The position numbers and the translations under genes are program-made. A stretch of 61,143 bases of DNA, from contig MU271459.1 of assembly GCA_021432655.1 (NCBI GenBank), positions 1-61,143 of the forward strand, in the 5' to 3' direction. Of the stretch, positions 1 to 10,759 are shown in pieces. The stretch comes from Atractiella rhizophila (Eukaryota). Positions within the stretch are counted from its first letter, which is position 1. Each line of letters starts with the position of its first letter. The notes beneath the pieces are model-generated. The model was not told where the DNA came from and made no database searches. It worked only from the letters and a program-made list of their open reading frames with translations.

Positions 1-360
1 ACTTGACCTTTCGCGACTGGAAGGCACTTCGTACGTTGCAGCCAGTCAGCGGCCCGAAGTGCCCACGTCGCGACTGGGAGCGAACTGGGCCCCCTTGCTA
101 TGAACCTTGCATGTTTGAACGAGTTCGCTTCGGGGCTGATCCCACCTCGCGAGACAATTTGGCCGTCGCGTCCGAGCTGACGGGACTCAACGGTGCGTTC
201 CGTCCCGTCAGGTTAGTTCCGTCAGTGAGAGCCTCGCAACTGGGCTGACGGGACTCACCCTGGCCCTGACCCTAACTCCGTTCCCCAGCCAAATTTGACT
301 GACGGAACAGTTCCGTCACGAAGGAATAGTAGTAGTTCCGTCACGAAGGAATAGTAGTAG
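1..360. mobile_element. Terminal part of TCTCGCGAG-rich repeat element (copy 1, runs off window start)
   Basis: Near-identical to 1039-1372 and 12181-12512. Ends with hairpin TGACGGAAC-A-GTTCCGTCA (300-318) then CGAAGGAATAGTAGTAG; the last ~25 nt are duplicated (336-360). Confidence 0.6.
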
Positions 361-1372
361 TCTGCTCTATCGTGTTTGCATTTTCGCTAGTTTGCTGTCT
401 AGCGAGTGTGCTGTCTCGCGTTTGCAGTCTCGCGAGTTTGCATTCTCGCTAGTTTGCTCTCTCGCGTTTGTTGTCTCGCGAGTTTGCTCTCTCGCGAGTT
501 TGATGTCTCGCGAGTTTGCCCTCTCGCGTTTGCAGTCTCTCACGTTTGCAATCTCGCGAATTTGCGATCTCGCGAGAAAGTTGCTCTCTCGCAAGTTAGC
601 AACCTAGCGTTTGGGTTCACCTCGCTAGTTTGCTGTCTCGCGAGTTGGCCGTCTCGCGAGTTTGCTCTCTCGCGTTTGCAGCCTCACAAGTTTGCATTCT
701 CGCGTTTGCATTCTCGCGAGTTTGCTTTCTCGCTAGTTGGCCGTCTCGCGGGTTTGCAGTCTCGCGAGTTGGCAATCTCGCGAGTTGGCCATCTCGCGAG
801 TTGGCAGTCTCGCGAGTGAGCTGTCTCGCGAGTTTGTTGTCCCGCGAGTTTGCTCTCTCGCCGAGTTGTTGCTGTCTCGCGAGTTTGCAACCTAGCGTTT
901 GGGTTCACCTCGCTAGTTTGCTATCTCGCGAGTTGGCCGTCTCGCGAGTTTGCTCTCTCGCAAGTTTGTTGTCCCGCGCATCTGCTCCATCGCAACTACA
1001 GGGGCACTTCGCACGTTGCAACCCATCGCTGAACCAAACTTCACCTTTCGCGACTGGAAGGCACTTTGCACGTTGTAGCCAGCCAGCGACCCGAAGTGCC
1101 CAGTTCGCGACTGGTAGCGAACTTGGCCCCCTCGCGATGAACCTCGCATGTTTGAGCAGGTTCACTTCGGGGCTGATCCCACCTCGCGAACCATTTTGGC
1201 CGTCGCGTCCGAGCTGACGGGACTCAACGGTGCGTTCCGTCCCGTCAGGTTAGTTCCGTCAGTCAGAGCCTCGCAACTAGGCTGACGGGACTCACCCTGG
1301 CCCTGACCCTAACTCCGTTCCCCAGCCAAATTTGACTGACGGAACAGTTCCGTCACGAAGGAATAGTAGTAG
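361..1372. mobile_element. TCTCGCGAG-rich repeat element (copy 2): minisatellite body plus conserved ~400-bp terminus
   Basis: 361-975 is a ~17-bp-period array around TCTCGCGAGTTTG; 976-1372 matches 12103-12512 and ends sharply at GGAATAGTAGTAG. Confidence 0.6.
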
Positions 1373-1639
1373 GTCAACCCCCAACTACTGTCCCATCTCA
1401 TAGCCACCCACTTCATGCAATCCTTACCCTAGATACATCCCTGGCTTAACAACTTAACCCACATCCTTAAGCCCTCCGGTCCTATTTCCCTATCTAACCA
1501 TTCATTCAACTCCTAACCCTACTACAACACCTCTCATCACTTCCACACTTACACCTTCCTGTCATATTTTCTCAAATCATAATCATTCTTCCCTTTCCTC
1601 TCCCTTTTCTCACTCACCATCTTCCTTCCCTCATTCAAA

Positions 1640-2350
1640 TCAAAACTTTCTCAGACCTCTCATCATCTCTTTGATCCTCAGCCCCTTCAAACGCACTTCC
1701 TCCTCCAGTCTTTCCATCTTTATCATCTTTCTCACCTCCAATCTCAATGCATCTGCCACCGTGAACACACCCTCAATTTCCGAACCTGACTCAAAACTCA
1801 AATCCTCAGAACCCCCATTCCATCTCCTCTCCTTCCCCGGTTCTTCCATCCTGCTCCTCAGAGGGTCCCACGTCATCACCCACTGCCCCCGTATATTCGC
1901 CCTCTGGATCACCGAAGGGTACCAACAGTACCGTCCCCTTTTCACGCAGTTCCTGCAGTCGAACGTACCCGCTGGCCCTTGCGATTGCCAGCCATACCCA
2001 CCCGGAGCCTTGCAAATCCATCCCCTGCGGTGGCAACCCTGACACACCGGATTCGCCTCCCAGAACACCTGCGCACTCATCCTCCCTAACCCACGCCCCT
2101 CTTCCCACACCAAATCCACCACTGCTGCTGCCGGATAGTAATCAGAACCGTCCTCATCTCGACGCTCCACCAGCCCGCCCCACGCCTCTCGTTCCGCCTC
2201 CGAACAACCCGCCAGCATCGAAGCCCCCACCTTCATTTCCTCCTCCCTTATTTGGGCTGTCCCTTCGTCGCATCTGTTCTGTTCTCCCTCTCGCGAGATG
2301 GTTAGCTGCGGAGTCTGAGTCTCAATCGCTGGCATGCGGCGTGCTTTCAT
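1640..2350 (-). CDS. Hypothetical protein with Zn(II)2Cys6-like motif and C-terminal coiled coil
   Basis: ORF 1640..2620 contains CQGC-x6-C-x18-CRNC-x6-C (1925-2044) and a charged helical C-terminus. Start is uncertain; an in-frame ATG is at 2350. Confidence 0.5.
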   Translation of the reverse strand: MKARRMPAIETQTPQLTISREGEQNRCDEGTAQIREEEMKVGASMLAGCSEAEREAWGGLVERRDEDGSDYYPAAAVVDLVWEEGRGLGRMSAQVFWEANPVCQGCHRRGWICKAPGGYGWQSQGPAGTFDCRNCVKRGRYCWYPSVIQRANIRGQWVMTWDPLRSRMEEPGKERRWNGGSEDLSFESGSEIEGVFTVADALRLEVRKMIKMERLEEEVRLKGLRIKEMMRGLRKF

Positions 2351-3192
2351 TGTTCCTGGCTGGTGCCTTGCGGTCATTTCGGGCGCTAGGATTCGCTGTG
2401 AGCTGCCACGGTCATCGTCGCGACCTTTGAATGAACTTCTTTTCCAAGGGCCCGAGTGGCGCTTCGGAGGGCCCTGCGACCCCAGTTTAGTCTCCACATC
2501 TGCATATACTCGCGAGCCTCCTTCACCTCTCGCGAAGCTTGCTTCTCCTTCGCGACTTCGAATGGTCTCGCCTTCTGCACTGCCGAACCTTGCGCTTCGC
2601 GACTCTCCTTCTTCGCCCAAAGGTCTTTCAGCTCTTCCAGCGCTGATCTGTGCATGTTCTTGCCTGGTCCTTGCATGCTTTCATTTGGGAGACACAGTGC
2701 GTTTAGGGGCCCTTTTATGGTCCTCTGCCAGATGCTGACTAAAATGGGTATGGTGCGAGGGGAGCGGGGACGAAAGCACATTTTCATTTCACATGCTCGT
2801 TTCGCTACCCTCCTCCTCGCTCCCTGGCTCGAAGGCTGCATCGGGATGCTTTTGCCTCCTCATCTCGCTCTCGATCGCCACTTTTGTCCAAATCCTCGCC
2901 TCCCTTACTGCCTGCGTCTTGTCCCAGCTAGAAGGCGCGCCAGCTTGCTCCAAATTGGTGGGTGTTCATGGCAAACTAGGTGGAGGGCTAGCTGTTCCCA
3001 CGGAGATTCAGAACAGATCCAAAGTGGGGGTTCACATCTCACCTTTTGCTTTGAAGGCTCTTCAGAGATGTTTTTCCCTATCGAGTTTGTGCTTCGCGAC
3101 TTCTCCCTCCCAAAAGTTCAGCTGCTCGTACGGTGGTAAGAAGTTGGTGCTTAAGAAGCGAGCCATGGTCATTGAATCCAAACCTAGGTGCA

Positions 3193-3627
3193 NNNNNNNN
3201 NNNNNNNNNNNNNNNNNNNNNNNNNNNNNNNNNNNNNNNNNNNNNNNNNNNNNNNNNNNNNNNNNNNNNNNNNNNNNNNNNNNNNNNNNNNNNNNNNNNN
3301 NNNNNNNNNNNNNNNNNNNNNNNNNNNNNNNNNNNNNNNNNNNNNNNNNNNNNNNNNNNNNNNNNNNNNNNNNNNNNNNNNNNNNNNNNNNNNNNNNNNN
3401 NNNNNNNNNNNNNNNNNNNNNNNNNNNNNNNNNNNNNNNNNNNNNNNNNNNNNNNNNNNNNNNNNNNNNNNNNNNNNNNNNNNNNNNNNNNNNNNNNNNN
3501 NNNNNNNNNNNNNNNNNNNNNNNNNNNNNNNNNNNNNNNNNNNNNNNNNNNNNNNNNNNNNNNNNNNNNNNNNNNNNNNNNNNNNNNNNNNNNNNNNNNN
3601 NNNNNNNNNNNNNNNNNNNNNNNNNNN
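3193..3627. other. Assembly gap (435 N)
   Basis: Run of N. Confidence 1.
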
Positions 3628-3722
3628 TAACCCTAACCCTAACCCTAACCCTAACCCTAACCCTAACCCTAACCCTAACCCTAACCCTAACCCTAACCCT
3701 AACCCTAACCCTAACCCTAACC
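3628..3722 (+). repeat. Telomeric repeat (TAACCC)n, ~16 copies, left-end orientation
   Basis: Perfect TAACCC tandem array starting immediately after the gap; TTAGGG is the common fungal telomere unit. Confidence 0.95.
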
Positions 3723-3765
3723 TTCTGCCCTCTCCTGTTGATGTTGGTCCCACCTTCATCCCTAA

Positions 3766-3957
3766 CCCTCTACACGAGGTGTCGATAACCTATCGACATG
3801 GGCCACTTTCAACAAAAATTGCACCCCTCAGACCCCTCTACACGAGGTGTCGATAACCTATCGACATGGGACACTTTCAACAAAATTGCACCGCTCGCGC
3901 CCCTGTCTACCTGATTTCGATAACCTATCGATCTGGCGCAGTTTTGCCAAATTGCAC
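3766..3957. repeat. Telomere-adjacent 68-bp tandem repeat, 3 copies, with internal palindrome
   Basis: Units start at 3766, 3834 and ~3901 (third is diverged); each has TCGATA-ACC-TATCGA. Confidence 0.85.
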
Positions 3958-6035
3958 TTATCGTTAATAACGTACAGAGAACATATTTCTAAACTACTAT
4001 AAAATCATTGTGCAACTTTGAATGTACTTTGTTCAATTGGACATATATGCCAAATATGAACCAAAGCTCTCCAATGAAGCAAGGATTTCAATATATAAGT
4101 GGATGTCTTAGAGAGGACATTGCCTGTGCCTGTAAGTGTTTATATGTACATGACATTTTGACTGGATTGTTATTCCTATCTATGGCAGGGTTCCACCCTG
4201 GTTGACTAAGAGACAACAGTTTTGTAATGATGCTGTTTTTATTGGGGCAGGGTCGCACCTTGGGTGCCTAGGAGGCAAGGATATAGCCAGGATCCTGTTC
4301 CTGGCAGACGCAGTGTTGAAACGTGAGTGGCATGGAGGCAAGGATTCAGCCTGGATCTCATTCCTGAAAGAGGCAGGGTTGAACCCTAAAGTACCCTTAG
4401 TAGCAAAAGAGTTGTTGAAACAGCTTGCCAGTGAGTTGCGCTTTGTCACGTTTGGTTACAAATGTGAACTCAGCGAAAATTCAAAATACAGGTAACGCAT
4501 TGCAGCAAGACTTCAAGGAATGACCGGTTGCAAAGTTTGACAAAATCTTCAAGGGATGGAGCTTTTACTGTGAGAAATCAGACGTGCTTAGTGCAGAGGA
4601 CTTCGTAAATCACATGCAAGCCGGTTTGCGAAGAGCACATGAGAACTGGCTAAAAGTGTTGATTGAACAGCTAGAACAAGGTAATGTCGTCCTTCAGGAG
4701 AAACCAGGGCATAGTAGGAAGAAACAACGGTTGGAGGGATAGTAAGGTATGTCTTCTCATATTGCCTACTGAACTGAACTGATGACGCTTTGATGGTCCA
4801 GTCCACACCGACACCGTTCCACATTCTCTCTATTTCTGGTTTCAGGAAGTAAATCAGATTGAATTGATATCATGCAATGGCGTATTACGGCTCAATTGAA
4901 AGAGATAAGTACTCGGTACTGATAACACGGCATCAGTGATAAAGATAATATAAGTCATGTTTTGGGAAAGACACTGTTACAGCTCAAAGAGGACACGAAT
5001 CTTGAAGGCCGTTGCTTGAAAGCGGATGTATCTGATGCCCGAATGCTGAACGAGGTGTCTTTTCTTCTCACTGGTATTCTCAGAGACGGTCAGGGCAGAT
5101 GACCATATTATATAGTACCATTGCAATAGAAGACATCTACACACAAACACAAATGAAAGATGTACTGGCTTACCATCTGTACGCTCTGTCTTATGCTTCA
5201 GTTGGCTTCTTCTCTTCTTTACGTGACCACAGCAGTGAAATTTAAAGGGAGGGAAGGGGAGAGATGGGATGTCGTGCATTTTCCACTTAGTATACAATTC
5301 ACACTCAATATAACTTAGGGTTTAGGAGTAGAGGGGATACGACATATATTGATTTAGATATACAGGTCCCTTCCCGCCTTTAACGCTTTCCTAATTTGGA
5401 ATTTACCAGACTGCCAATTCACGAATTCAGAGTTGTTTGAGAATTGGCTGGGCCACAGTCTCGAAGGCCGTGAATCTGGTCTTCATTTCTCGGTCTCGTA
5501 AGCCTCAAAAAGAGCCGACTGGGGTGCTCTGAGGCTGAAAAGCTGATGACGGTACAGTACGAGCCGAGACAACGGCACGTCCCGTCCGGAACTGGTCCGA
5601 AAACGACGGTACGATACGATACCCATCCCTATCGGGGACGTACAAACCGTCCACAATCCCAACAATGTTCGCACCACGAAGATATGTCCCTATGATAAAG
5701 GTTTCGTGGCGTTGGAAGGATATTCGGCGCTTGTTGTTGGAGCGTCTGAGGACGATTGCGGGAGGCTTGTGGATGTGTCGGGGAGATGTTGGACGGGCCG
5801 TGGGAGGAGCGTTTGGGCGGTATTGGAGAACTGTTTTGGATTGATTTGTGGATCGTGTGGTGGTCGTTTTCGAAGCGTTGCGGAGGCGTTGTTTCACGAT
5901 TGTGTAATAAGCGGTCTGGTGTCTGTGAAGCGTTACAGTGTAATTGCACCATCATCTTCAAAGTAGATTCCCATGGTTCTTCACATGCAACTCATTGTGC
6001 AACCCTCATATTATTGCATACATTATAAGGTAGTT

Positions 6036-7265
6036 ATCCATCACATTTGAGGCATGAGTAGGGCCAACACAAGGGCTGAGAGCCAGCTACGATGACATGT
6101 AATCCTTAATAAGAATGAATGAATATTAAAAAAGCAGAGGACAAAATACGCACCTTATATATCAAAAATTGCACTTCCCCGTTTCTTCGCCATTATCCAG
6201 GGCATTTCGGGCGTAAGTCACGCGAATGGGAGCACCGAAAGCCAGCTACAACAACGTATAATTCTTAATAAGAATGAGAGAATATTTAAAAAAGCGGAGG
6301 TCAAAATACACACCTCATATATATCAAAAATTGCAATTCCCCATTTCTTCGCCATTATCCATCGTATTTTCAACGTAAGTAGCGCGAATTGGAGGCCTGA
6401 GATGTAGGTTTAACGACATGTAATGCGTATTGAGAATGAGTGAATATTGAAAAAAGCGGAGTACAAAATACGCACCTCACATATATAAAAAATTGCAATT
6501 CCCCACTGCTTCGCCAATATCCATCGTACGTTAGGCGTAAGTAGTGCGATTGGGACGACTGATATGTAGCTTGAACGACGTATAATTTTTAATAAGAATG
6601 ATTGAATATTAAAAAAAAGCGGAGTACAAAATACGCACCATATATATCAAAATTGCAATTAACCGTTGGTTCGCCATTATCCATCGTGTTGTAGACGTGA
6701 GTAGGCCTGAGATGTAGCTTTAACGACGTATAATTATTAATGAGAATGAGTTAACATTGAAAAAAGCGGAGGACAAAATACTCATGTCATATACATCAAA
6801 ATATTGCAATTCCTCATTGCTTCGCCATTATCCATAGTGTTTTAGACGTGAGTAGCGTGAATGAGACGGCTGATATGTAGCTTCAAGGGTTTATAATGTG
6901 TATTGAGAATTAGTGAATACTGAAAAAGCGGAGGACAAAATACTAACCTCAGATATATCAAAAGTTGCAATCCCCCATTGCTTCGCCATTATCCATCTTA
7001 TTTTAGACGTAAGTAGCGCGAATGACAGGTCTGAGGTGTAGCTTTGACGACGTATAATTTGTATTGAGGGTGAGTGAATATCAAAAAAAGCGGAGGACAA
7101 AATACGCACCCATACATATCAAAAATGCACTTCCCCATTGCATCACCGTTCTTCTTCGTATTTTAGATGTGAGGGTGGTGGGTGGTGGGTCTGAGGGTTA
7201 GATATCACTACGTATCATGCGTAATAAGAGTGAGCGAACATCAAAAAAAAAGCAAAGGAAAAATA
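6036..7265. repeat. ~161-bp satellite array 1 (~7-8 monomers)
   Basis: AAAAAAGCGGAGGACAAAATACGCACC...CTTCGCCATTATCCATCG...GATGTAGCTT recurs at ~161-bp spacing (anchors ~6127, 6288, 6449, 6613, 6760, 6923, 7084). Confidence 0.9.
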
Positions 7266-7719
7266 CACACAGAGGAGGCGAGGATTTGGGTTGGCGAGCC
7301 AAAGCAAATGCTCGCACGAGCTTTCTCATGTCGTGTTTCGTTTTTGCATGCATATTCCTTCAGCAGGCCACAGTAGTGTTCGCTTCGTGGCAGCTTGGTT
7401 GAATGCTCTCCTCGCGAAGCATGCAAACGTTTTCGCTTCGCGAGAGGTTGCAATCATGCTCGCCTCGCTTGAGCGAGACTTGCAATCATTCTGGGCTCGC
7501 GAGAGCTTGGACTTAACTTCTTTTCGTGAGACCCAACCATTCGCGGCAGCTTGCCCCAATGTTCTCCTCGCGAGAGCTCGCGAACGTTTTTGAGTCGCAA
7601 TTGCTCGCGATCGTGTTCGCGCAGCGACAGCTGGCGAGAATCAGCTTTGTTTCGCGAGAGTTGCAATCTTGTTCGTTCGTGAGCAACCCTTCGCAGCAGG
7701 ACTGTTGCAAACTCGTCGC

Positions 7720-8480
7720 GAGTTTGCTCTCTCGCGAGTTTGCAGTCTCGCATTTGCAGTCTCTCGCGTTTGCCATCTTTCGCGTTTGCAATCTCTCACA
7801 TTTACAGTCTCTCGAGTTTGCATTCTCGCGAGACAGCACATCTCGCGAGGTGGCACCCGAGACACTTTGCAACGAAACCAAACACCTACTCACACCAGCG
7901 GACAGCACTCGTGAGGCAGCATTCGAGCCACTTTGCAACGAACCAACACTTACACAAACCAGCCGACAGCACTCGCGAGGCTACGCATTCGAGTCTCATC
8001 TTGCGAGGTGGCACCCGAGCCACTTTGCAACAAACTAACAACACAACCAGCCGACAGCACTCGCGAGGCTACGAAACCAACCCTCATCTCGCGAGGTGGC
8101 ACCTGAGCCAGTTTGCAAGAAATCCAACACTTACTCACCCACCCGACAGCACTCGTGAGGCAGCGCCCGAGCCACTTTGCAACGAACCAAGACTAACACA
8201 AACCTGCCGACAGCACTCGCGAGGCTACATGCGAACCACTCCTCGGCACCCGAGCCACATCGCAACGAAACCAACACCAAGACAGTCATCTTGCGAGGTG
8301 GCGCCCGAGCCGCTTTGCAACAAATCAACACCACAACTCGCCGGACAACAGTCGCGAGGCGGCACCCAAGCCACTTTGCAGCGAAACCAACACCAACACA
8401 TCCCATCCGACAACACTCGCGAAACGACATGCAAACCAACACCCACACAACATCGCACAGCACTCACGAGGCGACACGCG
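7720..8480. repeat. Short TCTCGCGAG array followed by ~60-90-bp GACAGCACTCGCGAGG...GAGCCACTTTGCAAC repeat
   Basis: 7720-7830 is like the element minisatellite; from 7832 the motifs GACAGCACTCG(C/T)GAGG and CCCGAGCCACTTTGCAACGAA recur about 8 times. Confidence 0.8.
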
Positions 8481-8639
8481 AACCAGTGTCTGAAAAGGAA
8501 TGTGTCTGTCTCTGAAGCAAAAAACAACAAAATAAAAGAGATAGGTATGTGGAAACTTGAATTGTAATTGCACCTCCGACATCAATACACAACGTGTTTT
8601 CCAGTTAGGTCGCATTGTAACGCATGTAATGTTGTTATT

Positions 8640-10757
8640 GGACTGTATAAGATGTAATAATGATGAGTGAACGTAAAAAAAAGCGGAGCAAAAAGATGCA
8701 TCTTCATATATCAAAAACACAATTCGCTATTACTTCACCATTATCCATCACATTTGGGGCGTGAGTAGGGCCAACGCAAGGGCTGAGGGCCAGCTACAAC
8801 GACGTATAATTCTTAATACGAATGAGTTAATATTAAAAAAAGCGGAGTTCAAAATAGGCACCTTGTAAATATCCAAAATCGCAATTCCTCATTGCTTCGC
8901 AATTATCCGTCGTATTTTGGACGTGAGTAGCGTGAATCGGTGGCCTGAGATGTAGCTTTAACTACGTATAATTCTTAATGAGAATGAGGTAACATTGAAA
9001 AAAGCGGAGTTCAAAATACGCACCTTGTAAATATCCAAAATCGCAATTCCTCATTGCTTCGCAATTATCCATCGTATTTTAGACGTGAGTAGCGTGAATC
9101 GGTGGCCTGAGATGTAGCTTTAACTACGTATTATGTGTATTGAGGATGAGGTAACATTGAAAAAAGCGGAGTTCAAAATACGCACCTCAGATATATCAAA
9201 AATCGCTTCGCCATTATCCATCGTATTTTGGACGTGAGTAGCGCGAATCAGTGGCCTGAGATGTAGCTTTAACTACGTATTATGTGTATTGAGGATGAGC
9301 TAACATTGAAAAAAGCGGAGGACAAAATACTCACCTCACATATATCAAAAATCGCAATTCCTCATTGCTTCGCCATTATCCATCGTATTTTAGACGTGAG
9401 TGGCGCGAATGCGAGGCCCTATATATAGCTACAACGACATATAGTTCTTAATAAGAGTGAGTGAATATCAAAAAACGCGGAGGATAAATACGGACCTCAC
9501 ATATGTCAAAAATTGCAATTCCCCGTTTCTTCGCCATTATCCATCGCATTTCGGACGTGAGTCGCGCGAATGGGAGCGCCGAATGCCAGCTACAACGTCG
9601 TATAGTTCTTAATAAGAATGAGCCAATATTAAAAAAAGCGGAGTTCAAAATACGGACCTCATATATGTCAAAAGTTGCAATTGCTCATTATTTCGCTATT
9701 ATCCCTCGTATTTTAGACGTGAGTGGCGCAGATGAGAGGCCCAAGATGTAGCTACAACGACGTATAATTCGTAATAAGAATAAGCCAATATTAAAAAAAG
9801 CGGAGGACGAAATACGCACCTCACACACATCAAAATCGAAATTCCTCATTGCTTCGCCAATATCCATCGTATTTTCGACGTAAGTAGCGCGAATTGGAGG
9901 CCTGAGACGTAGGTTTAACGACATATAATGCGTATTGAGAATGAGTGAATATTGGAAAAAGCGGAGTACAAAATACGCACCTCTCATACCTCAAAAATTG
10001 CAATTGCTCCTTACTTCGCCATTATCCATGGTATTTTAGACTTGAGTGGCGTGAATGGGAGCCCTGAGATGTAGCTTCAACTACATATAATGTGTATTGA
10101 GAATTAGTGAATATTGAAAAGCGGAGGACAAAATACTCACCTCACATATATCAAAAATCGCAAATCCATATTGCTTCGCCATTATCCATCGTATTGTCAA
10201 CATAAGTAGCGCGAACTAGAGGCCTGAGATGTAGCTTGAATGACGTATAATTCTTAATAAGAATGAGTGAATATTAAAAAAAGCGGAAGACAAAATACTC
10301 ATCTGACATATATCAAAAATTGCAAATCCTCATTGCTTCGCCATTATCCATCGTGTTTGAGACATAAATGGTGCAAATGGGAGGCCCAGGATGTACCTTC
10401 GACGTCGTATAATGTGGATTGAGAATGAGGGAATATAAAAAAAGCGGAGGTCAAAACACACACCTCATATATATGGAAAAATGCAATTCCATATTGCTTC
10501 GCCATTATCCATGGTATTTTTGACCTAAGTAGCGCGAATGGGAGGCCTGAGATGTAGCTTTGACGACTTATAATGTGTATTGAGGGTGAGCTAACATTGA
10601 AAAAAGCGGAGGACAAATACGCACCTCTCATATATCAGAAATTGCAATTCCTCATTACTTAGCCTCATGCAATTTTAGATGTAAGTAGCACGAATAAGAG
10701 GTCAGAGATGTAATTTCAACGACGTTAATGTGTATTGAGAATGAGGGAATATTAAAA
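8640..10757. repeat. ~161-bp satellite array 2 (~13-14 monomers)
   Basis: Same monomer as 6036-7265; anchors ~8678, 8836, 8998, 9159, 9308, 9470, 9631, 9792, 9955, 10116, 10276, 10437, 10599. Confidence 0.9.
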
Positions 10758-10759
10758 AG

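Noticed and set aside
367..1217. Many overlapping ORFs (SREFA/RETANS repeats), also at 7450-8570 and 10770-12330
   Set aside because: They are translations of stop-poor minisatellite, open in several frames on both strands.
2793..3856. Long ORFs with X runs and TL/NP/GL dipeptides
   Set aside because: Artefacts of the N gap and the telomere repeat.
3766..3957. CRISPR-like palindromic repeats
   Set aside because: The sequence between palindromes is repeated rather than unique, there are no cas genes, and the context is eukaryotic.
3833..5336. Possible TIR pair CCCCTCTAC...GTAGAGGGG with nearby TTAGGGTTTAGG
   Set aside because: Only 9 bp, no TSD, and no recognisable transposase in the short internal ORFs.
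6036..10757. Coding repeat or CRISPR array
   Set aside because: The ~161-bp unit is not a multiple of 3, has frequent stops and has no unique spacers.
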